NCBI RefSeq assembly: GCF_006345805.1
Contig: NC_042997.1
Coordinates: forward strand, 28,954,001 to 29,018,000
Source: Octopus sinensis
Taxonomy: Eukaryota
Direction: 5' to 3'
Length of the DNA: 64,000 nucleotides
Positions within the stretch are counted from its first letter, which is position 1, and each line of letters begins with the position of its first letter. The notes below the pieces were generated by a model, which searched no databases, was not told where the DNA came from, and saw only the letters and a program-made list of their open reading frames with translations. Of the stretch, positions 49,074-62,720 are shown piece by piece. Position numbers and translations under genes: made by a program.

Positions 49074-50040
49074 ATTCATCCATCCGTCTATATATCTTTC
49101 TGCAATTCATTTACAATCATAGGATATTTATGAACAATGTTTTTGCTTGAGGTGGATAAGCAGCAATTCGATAATGTAACCCCGCAGCAGACAAGCGAGA
49201 GCTGAAACCTATTGCATTTAAATTTATTGAAAAAAATTATGCTATAGAACTTTTACTTTCATTGCATCGTAGGCAATGTTTTGATTGCATTTTTGTAGGC
49301 ATAAATCATTACATAATATCGCTTTCGTCAAAATAAAAAAATACACTATGAAAGATAAGGACAATTTCAAAAATTATTATCATTAATGTCAATAGAATCA
49401 CAGTATAGTTTTATTCGCAAAATTCATCGAAGATAATGACATAAGAGAGCAGTTAAACATGATACACCTACTCTTAAAAGAATCTCAATACGATGTTTTT
49501 ATGTGTGTACCTGTGTGTGTTTGCACGCTCGTTTGTATGCGTGTGTGTGTGAGTGAGTTCGGGTATGCATGTATGCATGTAAAAGTAGAGACACACTATG
49601 ATATCTAGAAGCCAACATGCAATGCAATGAGTTCGAATTTTATTTTATATTTGCTTCCTATATAATATTGTTAATCGCATTGCATCACATGATAACTACG
49701 ATGGATTGTATTGTTGTTTTGGTTTTAATGATGTTCATTTCGACACAAATCTGGGCGTTCTATGTTTCAGTAATCATTTCATTTCATACTTCTGTTCAAT
49801 GACGAGTGGCAATAAATCTAGATAGACCCAAGCGACCAGTTTAAAGAACATTTGAAACTTAGGGAATTATATTCCACAGACACCTTGCTAAACTCCGGTC
49901 TCGAGTGTCACCAATTTATCAATTGTATTTCACGAACGGAAAAATAATAAACAGTGTTTGTAAAGTAAGTTATTTTTTTGCAAAGATTTTAATCCTAAAT
50001 TCGTTGGAAGCAAAATATTGATCACACTGCTGTGTAGTTG

Positions 50041-50106
<66 letters not shown>

Positions 50107-50504
50107 ATATATATATATTATATATATAATTAAATAATAAGTGTAGACATTGATATTAATTATTTAAAACCAGTGGCTGAGCATATTTAAAAAATCCGAA
50201 GATTAAAAAATTATGTTACAAATCTAAGAGGAATGCCACTAAGGTGGACACCTAATATGTTAAACATAGACGTCAATTCGTCATTACCACGAAGAGTGTG
50301 TTCTCAAGAAAAAATCTCAGCAAAACGACAAAATATAAAAATGAGCAAGATAAATGATAATATACGAAATAAAAAACGATATATATATGTATAATATATA
50401 TATATATATATGTATGTATGTATGCATATATATATATAAGTATGAATGTATGTATATGTGTGTGTGCGCGTGTCTATACATATATGTATATATATATATA
50501 TATA

Positions 50505-50561
<57 letters not shown>

Positions 50562-50771
50562 TATATATATAAATTACCAGAAATGAGGTACTCAGAAATT
50601 CGGATGTTTTTATAATTACAGATATCTATTTGTATATAGCATGTTTTATACATCATATAACTTAGATCATATATTAGCGCTTTCTCCCATTCTAGTGGGG
50701 TTTTCAAATATATACATATGTAGTAGAAGAAATACCTAAGTTCTTTGGCTGCTATTTCTCTATATATATAT

Positions 50772-50848
50772 GTGGTGAAGCAATCTTTTTGCTGAACCCT
50801 AATTAGAATTATACTCATAATTATAATATATATATATATAATATATAT

Positions 50849-50880
<32 letters not shown>

Positions 50881-51011
50881 ATATATATATATTATAATTA
50901 TGAGTATAATTCTAATTAGGGTTCAGCAAAAAGATTGCTTCATATATATATATATATTATAATTATGAGTATAATTCTAATTAGGGTTCAGCATAAAGAT
51001 TGCTTCACCAC
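50772..51011. repeat. 52-bp unit in three copies (50776-50827 forward; 50891-50942 and 50956-51007 reverse) separated by (AT)n
   Basis: First two copies are perfect reverse complements; the third has one mismatch. Confidence 0.92.
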
Positions 51012-51013
51012 AC

Positions 51014-51046
<33 letters not shown>

Positions 51047-51055
51047 AATATATAT

Positions 51056-51155
51056 GCATGAGTGGATGTGTGCTAAGTAGCTTGCGAACCAACCACATGG
51101 TTCCATTTTCAGTCTCACTGCGTGGCACCTTTGTAAAGTGTCTCCTACTATTGCT
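51056..51155 (+). mobile_element. SINE family A head fragment
   Basis: AGTGGATGTGTGCTAAGTAGCTTGCGAACCAACCACATGG..CGTGGCACCTTTG. Confidence 0.75.
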
Positions 51156-53229
51156 CTGAATTTCATTGTAAGAAGACATAGATATTGTACGCGTCTTTTA
51201 AAAATGTCATCTTCTTTATCTGGCAGAAACCTTTAAAATTTTTACTACGTATTCGTTTTCATAATCATGCACTGCCTTTCCCATATTTACATCTACCCCA
51301 AAATATGTAACCCTCGGGCTAGCACAACAGGGATATGTTATAATTTATTTTCATCGTGCAATCGATTATTTCTGTGGCATACACATATAGCTGGCGAAAT
51401 TCGACAAGGAAATGAAAACTTTAATCGGTGTTTAAAGCTGATGAGTTTAATATACTTGTCTCTATAAAGTTTTGTAAACATTATAGTTCCGTCATGGAAC
51501 TATTTTTATTTGTTTATTAACAGTTACACGAAGATTTCGAAAGCAGAAAGCGTAAATTTATTATATCTTCAATATTTTATCATATTTTATCATAATTGTT
51601 TCAGTGATTAGGTTGTAGTCATGCCGTGGCACCGCTTTAAATGAATTCAATTTTATATTACATGAAAGGTTTCTGCCACTTATTACAGGAAGAGAAACAT
51701 GATATTATTCGTCAGCAAAGTATAAAGTTCCAATTATATTTGAAATAATTTGGTTATCACTCAAATTCCAAATTACCCTACTAGAAAAATATTTATTTGA
51801 AATTATTGACTTGATAAAAAACATACAGAACGAACTGAAAATTAGATTTTTAAATATTCCAGCTTTAATCTGACTGAGGAGTGAGAACATCTTATCTGGC
51901 TTTTATGGTTCAAATATTTCCCGAGATTTGTCTAATGAAATAATGGCCACGGAAAATAAGTTTCAAAAATGGGAATCATATCATAGTAGTAGGAAAAATT
52001 ACCTTATCAATATCTGGATTAAATTTTTCATAACTGAGTTACATTATCGGCTAGGTACCTCTAACGATCCAATCATTCACTGCAGCTCTTCTAATAGATG
52101 GCGGTGGGTGTGACTATACTTGATTGTGTTGAAGAGAAAGTGTAGAAAATTATTCCTAAGCACTTGCACGAAGTAGCAGGATTTCTGTTGAGACAAAGTC
52201 GAAGTAGTTTCAAGAGCTTGAAAACACAGTATTTGACGAAAGTGGAAATGGTATTTTTCCCCTACATTCATCTCTTCCGCATAAATTCAATGTAGCAATA
52301 TTTTTCAATACATGAATAAAATGATGTTATATCCTAAAAATTTTGATTAGTTTGTGTTTGTTGTTGCACTCACAACTCACGCTGAAGCGTACTTGATATC
52401 TCTTCATATTTCTGTTAGTGTCAGCAATGTGAGATACAAATTACAATATTGTATCGTACATAAGTGAGTAGGCAGCGCAGACAATATGAGTGGCCAAGTC
52501 TACAGGATTGCATGAGTGATATTAATGTTGACGTCTGTGTTAATAGTGTGATGTTTAACGCGACATTAATATATCTGTTTTTATACCGTAAGTTATATAT
52601 TCCATTTATAATCAATTTTATATATGTGCATTTGTATATATTTGTTTGTTACCTAACAGAATTCTTAATAAATTGAAGCAGAAGGTTTCTAACAATCAAA
52701 TGATATTACATGGGTGGAATTTAATAACAGTAGCATTAATCATTACAGATGTTTTGTTGGTTAGATGTTGCTTTTGAAATATGCGCGTTAGCTTTTATTT
52801 TTGCTCGACACCAACATCCAACATTTTATATACTATCAATATGTATTTCCATTTGTGTTTAAATAATCATAAAGCAGGCCTACACAGAGTCATGATTTTG
52901 TAATAACTTGCAAAATTTAAATTAGAAGAACACATTATTAGACAATCTTCAACATCACGTACAATTATTAAAAATTATTTTATAACAGATAAAATCGAAA
53001 TGTTAACATTGATCTTTGTGTTATTCAGCGTTGTATGTAGTTAACCTCACTTTTAAAGAATAGGTGAAAATTATATACTTCATTGCTATTTTTCTTTATG
53101 GTTTAAGAGACATTTGCATGTCTCAAAGGGGACATTAACACATCTATAGGCAGATATTTACGCAGAAGCCCTTCCTTAGTTTTGCAGGTTTCTTTTGTGG
53201 AATTTGAGTGTCTGTCGGGAAGGGCTTCT

Positions 53230-53641
53230 TGTTTCTTTACTGCCCACAATGGGCTACATACAGAGGGGACAAACAATGATAGACAAACTGATTAAGTCGA
53301 TTATATCCACCCCAGTGCGTAACTGGTACTTAATTAATCGATCCCGAAGGGATTAAAGGCATAGTCGACCTCGACGGAATTTGAACTCAGATTGTAGCGG
53401 CAGAGGAAATATCTATTCCTAAAATACCCAAAAGAGTCTAAACACAGAGAGGGGAAACACGGATAGACAAACGGATTAAGTCGATAATATTGACCCCAGT
53501 GCGTAACTGGTACTTTTTAATTGATCAGGCAACGATGAAAGGCAAAGTCGACCTCGGCGGAATTTGAACTCACAACGTAACGGCAGACGAAATACCGCTG
53601 AGCATTTCGTCCGGTGTGCTAACAATTCTGCCAGTTCGGCG
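53230..53641 (-). mobile_element. Tandem dimer of SINE family B flanked by a 14-bp target-site duplication
   Basis: CGGGAAGGGCTTCT at 53216-53229 and 53642-53655; a full unit followed by a headless unit. Confidence 0.88.
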
Positions 53642-55289
53642 CGGGAAGGGCTTCTGATAACATTTTGCTCCCATAATTTTTCGTGTTTTGGTTACGGAGA
53701 ACCGGAACTGCTCTTAAGTCATACCCATCATTGTTTTATTTTACCATGTTTAAGCGCTGAGTTTGTTTTATACGGTGTCTAACTCATTTAAAATTCTTAT
53801 AGGAACATTTCTGTATTATAAAAGCAAGTTTATTTTCTTGATTGAAGTGTATTTCAGATTTAGTTTCTTCTTCACTTCCATGTCATGTTGTTTTGCAATA
53901 TTATAATTTAAAGAAATTCAATAAAAATTAACTTCTGTGCAGTTCTGGATTCTCTTGTAAACTTGATGGTTTTTATAATTCTTTTCAAGTCTGTTTTGCT
54001 TTTCAAGTAATTTGCTTGCGTGTTCAAGATTGTATAAGATATTTCCCTGGTATCTTTCTGCTTATAGTTTTCAATACCTGATGTTTGAATCAACATAACT
54101 ATATCTATTTCAGGATATATTCTCAACAAGACTCGGAAGACCTGCAGGTGGTTCTTACTTTTGAAATTTTTCCGATTTAAAATCTGACACTCATAGCAAT
54201 TTATTATTATTCTATTTCTAGATGCTTTCACGTTTTCTTTCCTATATTGCTCTTTCGGCATCTTTTGAAGAGTGTTTCATATATTTGCTGAAATTAGGAA
54301 AGTTATAGCGAATATTCAGATCCTGAGCGATAATAATATACATGAAACACACTCTCAATATTCGCAGTTTGTAGTGTAGACGTCCTACACAGCACTATCT
54401 ATATGTTTAGTACTGTTATCTGGTCACTAACTGACAGATGATATTTCTGTTAAATTAGGGAACAGGAATGTTTTAATGAATGACACCGTCATTTGTTTTT
54501 ATTCACATCTTTATCAATACCCCCTCCCTTTTAAATTGCAAATAGATCGAAGTCATTTTTTGGAAGGCATTGTCTTCGGGAACATAAAGAGGCGTGTGCG
54601 CACGTAGTGACACATTTTAAGCTTCTACATTTTGGCAGGTTTGTATATGATTCTAATAAATAAAAAGAACTTGTTTTAGTGAGCTGTTTCAATGCCTCCA
54701 GCTGTTGACTCCTGTGTAGTATCGTGAAAATGCATCTTCGCAAAATACATTTTTTTAAAATTGCCGCAAGAGAAAGGATCGGTTTCTGCATTTTTTGAAC
54801 ATTTTTATGAGCTGCAGCAAAATTTGATTTTGATATTTTCGTAGTGGCTGAGTTATCGCTATTTTTTGTAATTAATGTAACAAAAAGATCCAATCAAATA
54901 TGCGGCTTCCTTTCTATGTAAGCAACAATTGAAAAGAAATGGTTTGGAATAATTACAGCATTGCTGAACATGATATATGATTTGCTGCAATTCTTTAATT
55001 TTTAATTTCATATTCTGCGTGGGTAGATTTTCTTCTGACAACACTCCGAGGTTATTAATTTTAAATAATGTTGTAGAAGTTAACAAATTCTCATTACGAC
55101 AAATTACTAATCTTATATGTAAATTACATATTATAAAGCGGTGGATGGCAGCAGCGATATGGGATTTATTTACAATTAGCATGATAAGTTTTGAGTTCGA
55201 ACTAGCAGAAATAATATCTGATTCCGTGGACTATGTAATCTAGTAAAATCCATGTGGTGAAATAGATTTCAAGGAAATGTTAATGCTAT

Positions 55290-55616
55290 TGCTCTTGTTG
55301 TTCATGTCTTCTTCTTCTTCTTCTTCTTCTTCTTCTTCTTCTTCTTCTTCTTCTTCTTCTTCTTCTTCTTCTTCTTCTTCTTCTTCTTCTCTTCTTCTTC
55401 TTCTCCTCCTTCTTCTTCTCGATCCTCTCGTCTTCCACTGCCACCCTCTCCTCCATTACTTTCCCCTGTCAAAACAAGAAATAGTGCACTGTATTTTTTT
55501 TATTATAACACGCTACATTCTAATTTGTTATACTGCTTATGGCGTAATGTATCCCTTAATTGAATGATGAATAAATATTGTCTTCCTCATCATCATCATG
55601 TTAATCATGATAATCA

Positions 55617-55671
<55 letters not shown>

Positions 55672-55680
55672 TATCATTAT

Positions 55681-55712
<32 letters not shown>

Positions 55713-55735
55713 TCATCATCATTATCATCATCACC

Positions 55736-55800
<65 letters not shown>

Positions 55801-55805
55801 CGTCA
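55290..55805. repeat. (CTT)n (~55290-55420) and (CAT/CAC)n (~55587-55805) microsatellites
   Basis: Visible arrays; source of the poly-S, poly-H and poly-D ORFs. Confidence 0.96.
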
Positions 55806-56103
55806 TCACTCACAGGTAATTATTTCACCATCCGACAAAGCAGCCATTGTAATGACCAGGAAGATTAGCAGGAATAGCAGCAGTTCAAATAACGACATTA
55901 ACAAAATTGACAACAATGTTCATGATTGCCATAAATATCAAACCTCATATAACACATCTCCGTTCATGAACATGGCAGCACAGCTATATTTATTTTATTT
56001 AGCTATTACTTTATTATTGCCCTACCATTCATTAAAAAAGAAACTTCGCAAGACCCGCAGTCAATAACCTAAGCATATTACATTCTTTCTCATCTAGTAA
56101 ATA

Positions 56104-56135
<32 letters not shown>

Positions 56136-56137
56136 TG

Positions 56138-56267
56138 GGTAGTCGGCCGTATGCTAGAAATAGATCATCAACGATCAAACTACTGGTGTTCGCTGAATTT
56201 TTCCTCTAGAGAACTTTCTTTGTAGTTTGATCGTTGATGATCTATTTCTAGCATACGGCCGACTACC
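56138..56267. repeat. Perfect 46-bp inverted repeat with a 38-nt loop (mini-MITE or hairpin RNA)
   Basis: GGTAGTCGGCCGTATGCTAGAAATAGATCATCAACGATCAAACTAC at 56138-56183; exact reverse complement at 56222-56267. Confidence 0.92.
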
Positions 56268-56395
56268 TAGCAGTCTTGCCCTGTCAATATACACATATAT
56301 TAGAATTTTCTCTGATTTCTCATATTTTTTGTATGCTGGACTACTAGTTTTAAATTGATATTGAAATTAATATTAATTTATCACCTCATTATTTA

Positions 56396-56437
<42 letters not shown>

Positions 56438-56831
56438 GTGTATATAAATATACTTGTACGAGATTAACAAAAGAGAAAATGGAGAAATTAATATATACGC
56501 AGCAATTTATTTGAACAAATTGCATTCAGTATAGCATCAAATTATTTACTCCTACGGCTATTTCCATACAAAATTAATACATTTAGAAATTAAGAAAGTC
56601 AAAACCAATATTAAATTAACACATTCGTATCGCTCATTTAAATCAATTAACCACTCATAAACTAGTAATCATATATTCTAGAGGTAGCTGCCAAAAATTA
56701 AAATTTCGGTAAACTACATATATTATATACTACTGTACATATAAACTTACAACAATATTAATTTATATTTTAATATTAATATGATGTCTATGAAGAATTA
56801 TATAATCGTTTTTAATACAGATGTAAGCATA

Positions 56832-58112
56832 CAAGGGGCGTTCAATAAGTAATGCCCCTGACCCACTTCCCATAGCAGTAGAGCAACGAAACTTGGCACA
56901 GTTATTAGTATTTTTCTACATAGGAACCACCCAGAGTTACGCATTTCTCCTATCGTTTGATGCAGCTCTGAAGACCGTTTTTTTAGAAGACCCCAGCAGC
57001 TTGGTCCTCCAACCACGACGTGACTTCAGAAATCAAGGCTGCATCATCTGGGAAACGCTTTCCTTTCAAAAACAACTTCATGGCTGGGAAGAGGTGAAAA
57101 TCAGAGGGTGCAGGTCAGGAGAGTAGGGAGAATAGGGGATGTGTTCATAGCCGCACGCCTGTGCTTCTGATCTGGCGACACGCGAGTTGTGGATCGGAGC
57201 GTTGCCCTGCAGGAGGAGGATGCCTTTGCTGATCTTGCCCCGCCTCTTGATTTTGATAGCTTCTCTTAATTTCCTCGAAAGTGAAGCATAATAGACTCCT
57301 GTAATTGTTGCACTCTTTGCCAAGAAATCTGTCATCACTACTCCGTCCTGGTCCCAGAAGACTGTGAGCATGACCTTGCCAGCGGAGGGCTGCACCCTTG
57401 CCTTCTTTGGAGGAGGTGAGTCACGGTGCTTCCACTGCATTGACTGGGCTTTGGTCTCTGGATCATAGTGATGGACCCAGGTTTCATCCTGTGTAATCAG
57501 TCTTTTGAAAAATTTTGACTCACCTTCTTGGCACATCTTCAAATTCATCCTCGCGCAATCGACGCGTTCTTGATTCTGGAAAGGTGTGAGCAGTTTGGGA
57601 ATCCATCTGGCAGACACCTTTTGCATATGCAAATGGTCATGAATGATAGTTTCCACAGATCCGGTACTAATCATGACCTCATGGGCTATTTGGCGAATAG
57701 TTATGCGTCGATCTTCCAAAATGGCAGCCTCAACTTGACGGACAGATGCCTCATCAATGGCAGAATGGGGCGACCAGATCTGGGAGCTGTTTCCACAAAG
57801 TTCCGACCATGTTTGAATTCACGACGCCAGCGTTTTACAAGGTCATATGATGGGGCATCATCACCATAAGTTACTTTTATTTCATCAAAAGTCTCCCGTG
57901 GTGTGCGTCCTTTCAAATACAAAAACCGCATCACTGCTCGACACTCAACAGGCTCCGTTTCACACTTGACTCAGTTCAAATACCTGTAAATCAGAAACCA
58001 CAATTAGTTCAGAGCTGTAATTTGCCACTTAATCTATAGAGATATAAATAATTGCACATGCAAAATTTCAACTGCAAGTGGGTCAGGGGCATTACTTATT
58101 GAACGCCCCTCG
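56832..58112 (-). mobile_element. Complete 1281-bp mariner (irritans/Hsmar2-like TIRs), transposase disabled
   Basis: 36-bp TIRs C(A/G)AGGGGCGTTCAATAAGTAATGCCCCTGACCCACT with 1 mismatch, TA TSD; RWIPKLL, TQDETW, YSPDL motifs; ATG>ACG, two frameshifts, second catalytic D lost (QGNA). Confidence 0.97.
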
Positions 58113-59389
58113 TATTAATCATGAGGTACCACCCGAATCAAGGTTCCAGTAATCTTATAATTATACCTAATTTATTCTTTAAATTACATCTATCAGGAGT
58201 CGACGCCTTCACTACAAGTTATGAAATAGTTCTCCCGTACAGAGGGAAAAAAAAGGCTTTTCCCAACATTGTACGCTCTAGCCTTGCTTACAATCACCCA
58301 CTCCACAGAAAAGCCTGTATTCTTATCTCTATTATTCCCAAATATATTTACTGAGGCTGGTGCGGTATGACTAGTATCTATTTTTGAAGGTGTAAATGTG
58401 ATTAAGGATGTATTTTTCTGCTGTCCCGATGTAAAACGAACTCTTACATTTTAACAAAACTCTACATTTATATACTACGTTCTTTTGCTTACAATGATTT
58501 TTGAATAGACAGTAAATTTTCACCTTTCGATCACAATGCATATTAATCATTACAATTCATGTGATTTTCATTTATATCTTTACATTCGGTGTAATTGTTA
58601 TTGGCAGTGTGACCTAACAGCAACTATTTATTTGAAAATCACTAATGTGCACTAATATCGATGACGTAATATTCCACTATGTTAATTATTAGCAGGCAGT
58701 TTTCATTCGTCAACTTTCAAAACGCACACAAATACATAAGAATAGTAACGGATTTTTTTTTAAATACACCTGTTGCTAAAACACATATCCCAGTCTATTA
58801 AATGTCAACCAACACATTGGAATGTAGCTCCTTTTTAACAACGTCTCTCCCATGTCAGAATATCCAATTTACAATATTCGATATGGAAATTTAATATATT
58901 TAGCAAAATTTAATTCCTCAAATTAATTTGGCATGGAAACAGCTGTAGGCGTAGAGAGTTTGATGCTAAATTGAATAGAATTTGTTCAAATAAATTGATA
59001 TCTGTATATTAATTTCTCTGTTTTCATTCTGTCATGTAATGATATTTATATAGACATATCCATCTATGCGATGAAACTAGCATCCTTACTTTTTCACCGA
59101 AGCTCTGATTATAACCGGGGAACTTGGATTGTATAACATCCCATCAACAGGATTTGATATTCTTGATGTAATTTGATACATGCGCTTATATGCATATATA
59201 TATATATATACATATACGGCAAATTATTTAATTACTGAATTAATAAGTTCCAAATAACCCCTTTGTCCATAGATTGTATGAAAAATATCACATTCGGTGG
59301 TGAGCAGCTCTCAAAACATTCCCTCAGAATGTCACTAATTTTGTCTTGTGAGGATGTCTTCTACAATTATCTAATAGCAGCAGGCTCTT

Positions 59390-60222
59390 TGAATCAGAGT
59401 TACCTACTTCGTGAAAGCGCTTTTGTACAGCTGGCATAAATTCTTGTATGACCCATTCTGTGAACAAGATGGATTCATCCATCTGTTTTTAAAAGAATAA
59501 TATGATACTGCTAAAGGCGAAACTCCTTTCAATGCACGGGAACACTTAGATATACCAATCACTAGAAGCTTAAATCTGGGAGTTTCAGAAGTAGTAGGAC
59601 ATACCATCACTGTAAGTCTCTGTTTGAATCTTTTGATTTTCTGCTCCTCTGATCCTGCTAAGTTTTTGTGAGTAAGCACTTCCAATATATACCACTTTCA
59701 TCAGTATTGTAAATATTATCTGGTGCTAAAGTATAATGCTCAATCATTAAAAAAGAAATTTTCTCAATAGGTTGACGCTGAGAGTGTTTCAGTTGAACGG
59801 TGTACACCTGAAATTGTTAATTACCATATGTCATATCTACTCATAAAACTGCTAAGCCAGCCTTGGCTGAACTTCATATCTCTTGAGTTATTCAAATCTT
59901 ACTTAGGAAACTTAGTTTTCGCAATTAGCATTGGTCCCCATAGTGCTATACATTCCTTTTGTTTCCATAAAAACCGTTTATGTAACATGTTATCGAATTC
60001 AACCTGCTTTTCAGTATAATCAGGTAGTCTGAAAAGAAATAGAATACACAGTCAGTCGGAATTATCATTAGTTAATCTACATCAATCACACAATAACTAG
60101 ATTAGTATTTCAGTACAATACCTGACTAAGACTATTTAAACTGTCTTAGTGCAGCTCCGCATCGAATATACTAATAACATTTCAACTTTAGAGGAAATCC
60201 AATTTAGAGGAGTTCTACTGTA
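59390..60222 (-). mobile_element. Decayed Tigger/pogo transposon
   Basis: GPMLIAK..FSQGWLSSF (CENP-B-type HTH); KQRLTVMVC..KLLVIG..WM (DDE_1-like); terminus RC TA-CAGTAGAACTCCTC at 60222. Confidence 0.8.
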
Positions 60223-60285
<63 letters not shown>

Positions 60286-60310
60286 ATACATACATACATA
60301 CATACATACA

Positions 60311-60342
<32 letters not shown>

Positions 60343-60379
60343 CATATATTGGAGACAGCAAACATAATGTTTGATGACA

Positions 60380-61140
60380 GTAAAAAGAGGACACACTTGC
60401 AAACAACCGACAGAACAACAATATACAAATCAAAAGTTTAACCGGAACCAGGTAGCTGTATACGGAACCGTGAGAGGAGAAACTATGAACATCACAGAAG
60501 CTCCTTCACGAGAAGGCATAGACTCCTTCTAGAGGGAAATATGGAGTGAAGAGGAGTTTAACTAAGATGCTCTGTGGCTGGAAGAAATCCGAAGATTCCT
60601 TCATTGCACCGAAGATATACGGCATTGATAGGGATATACTTCTAACTGTGATCCAAAATATTTAGGGCGGAAAATCACCTGGAAGAGACTTGATTACTGG
60701 ATATTGGTAGAAGAAGTTGACCTTCTAATGGTCATATCTTTTCAATCTGTGTCAGCAAGCTCTCAGTGGAAACAGTAGCATACCACACTGGTTAGCTCTG
60801 GCAGAGTCCAAATTGGTCCCCAAACTCAGCAAAAGCCTACAGGCCAATTGCGTGCCAGAACATAATGCATAAGCTATATACTGTATGCTTAAAACACTTC
60901 TTCCAAGACCATTTTGAAACGAATAATATCATTACCGCAGAATAAGCAGGTGCAGGAGCATAGGAAGAACCTTGTTTTAATGATGTGGTTACAGTACAAG
61001 AAATCATTTGATTCTGCTTCGCTTTCATGGATGTTAGAAGCCCTTCAACTTGCTAAAGTTCCAGGGAGCATAGTCAAAGCCAGAGCTAACCTAACTTCAT
61101 CTAGGGCCACTATCTTTCAATTAAGTACAACGAGTGACTG
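60380..61140 (+). mobile_element. Decayed R4/Dong RT N-terminal fragment
   Basis: DNA-level match to 63740-63990; KSPGRD, YRPIACQN motifs; stops and deletions. Confidence 0.8.
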
Positions 61141-61164
61141 AATAACTCTCGGCAATTAAAAAGA

Positions 61165-62720
61165 ATTTATTGTCTGCTACTCAGATGTGCTGAACAGAAT
61201 CGATACGCAGATTTCGAATCTGAACTCCGAATTAATGTAGCACGTCAGGACCTTGAGTTATGCGCATAATAATATATTAATACTATCGTATAATCAGAAA
61301 TATCTAAGTTCAAATTAAATAATCATTATAATAGTATATTAGGACTGTATATAGTAAATTTATGTTCAAGGCAAATAGTATTATAATATATTGGTATATA
61401 GTATATTTATGTTAAGGTAATGCTCACTTTATTTTTTATATGCACAACTCAGAAATGTTTGAGACACTTGCTTTTCCGCTTATGCATCGTGTTGGTCTCC
61501 CGTTTTAGGAACCAGCAGTAGTCATCCATAATGTGTGGATTTAACCGGCATTGATACCTCGTTTCCATCTTATATATGTCCTGGTGGAACCTCTCACCGT
61601 GCTCCACATTAAGGGCACCAACATTCGCAGGAAACAAATATCGAGATGATAATGCAAGAAGTACATTTTAAGGGACATTCGGCATCCCATTCTTTCATAC
61701 GCTGTTAGCATGTTGTATATTAAATCAACATAGTTTTCAACCCTTGACTTCCTAGAAAGTTCTGTAAAAATAACACGAATTAATACCATGCCGTCAGCTC
61801 AATTGGATTCAGTTTACCTCTGAATTTGCTATCAGATATGAATTCTCTGATCTCGGGTCCAATGAAAATGCCTGCTTTCAGTTTTGCGTCACTCTTCTCT
61901 GCACCAAATTTTATATTTAAGTACTGAAAGCCACAACTATCGTGTGTCATTGCTTTTGCGAAGTTTTTCATGAAGCCGAGTTTGATGTGAAGGAGTGGAA
62001 TGGAGATGTACAAATGCCGCACATTGTACCGACCAACTATGTGATCATCTCTTTTAGGCCAGCCTTTTACTGTATGATGATTGTTGCCGTCGCGGCTGTT
62101 CCATACATACAAGAAGCACATATGTTTGGTATATGCCAGCAGCAGTCCCAGGAGGAGAGAAATCCCCTTTAAATCACCACAAATATTCCACTCAATAATT
62201 AACTCCATTCAGAAAAAATTTGACCGGTTTGTAAGTTTCTTCCATACCATTAACACGACCCACAGGAATGGAAGGTTTGTTTTTCATTACCATTACTTGA
62301 CAACACAGCGTTGAGGCTAAACTCTCCCGCGTCTATAAACAATTTTCATTCATTCGCCACGTGCACGTGTCCTAGAGTTTGCATGAGTGTATTAACGTCA
62401 GTACAGAAACATGTATTCTTGTCTTGCTTGAAAAAGACAAATAAGCCTTTATGGAAACAACTGAAAATGGAAATGTTGGTACCTTTCTGTAGGAGATTCT
62501 TTGTTGTAGTTTGGATCCTGATACTTCTGTCTTCTCCGTTGACAATGCTAGGCCTCTTACTAAATCGTTCATATGTTCCTAATTAAACTAGCTTGGCTCA
62601 TTTTTCTTAGAATCATCTACGTACTCTTCGTCGATAGGAGAATCCCAGGGGCTCATCGAGCGATATGTCAAGATTTTCAATTGAAGCATGTGAAAGGGTA
62701 ACTAGGACACGGTTCCCGAA
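61165..62720 (-). mobile_element. Decayed DNA transposon, CMC superfamily (Chapaev3-like) transposase
   Basis: WNICGDLK, LHIKLGFMKNF, AGIFIGPEIR, MSLKMYFLHYHLD, EHGERFHQDI, DYCW motifs across frameshifted ORFs; TIRs not identified. Confidence 0.6.
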
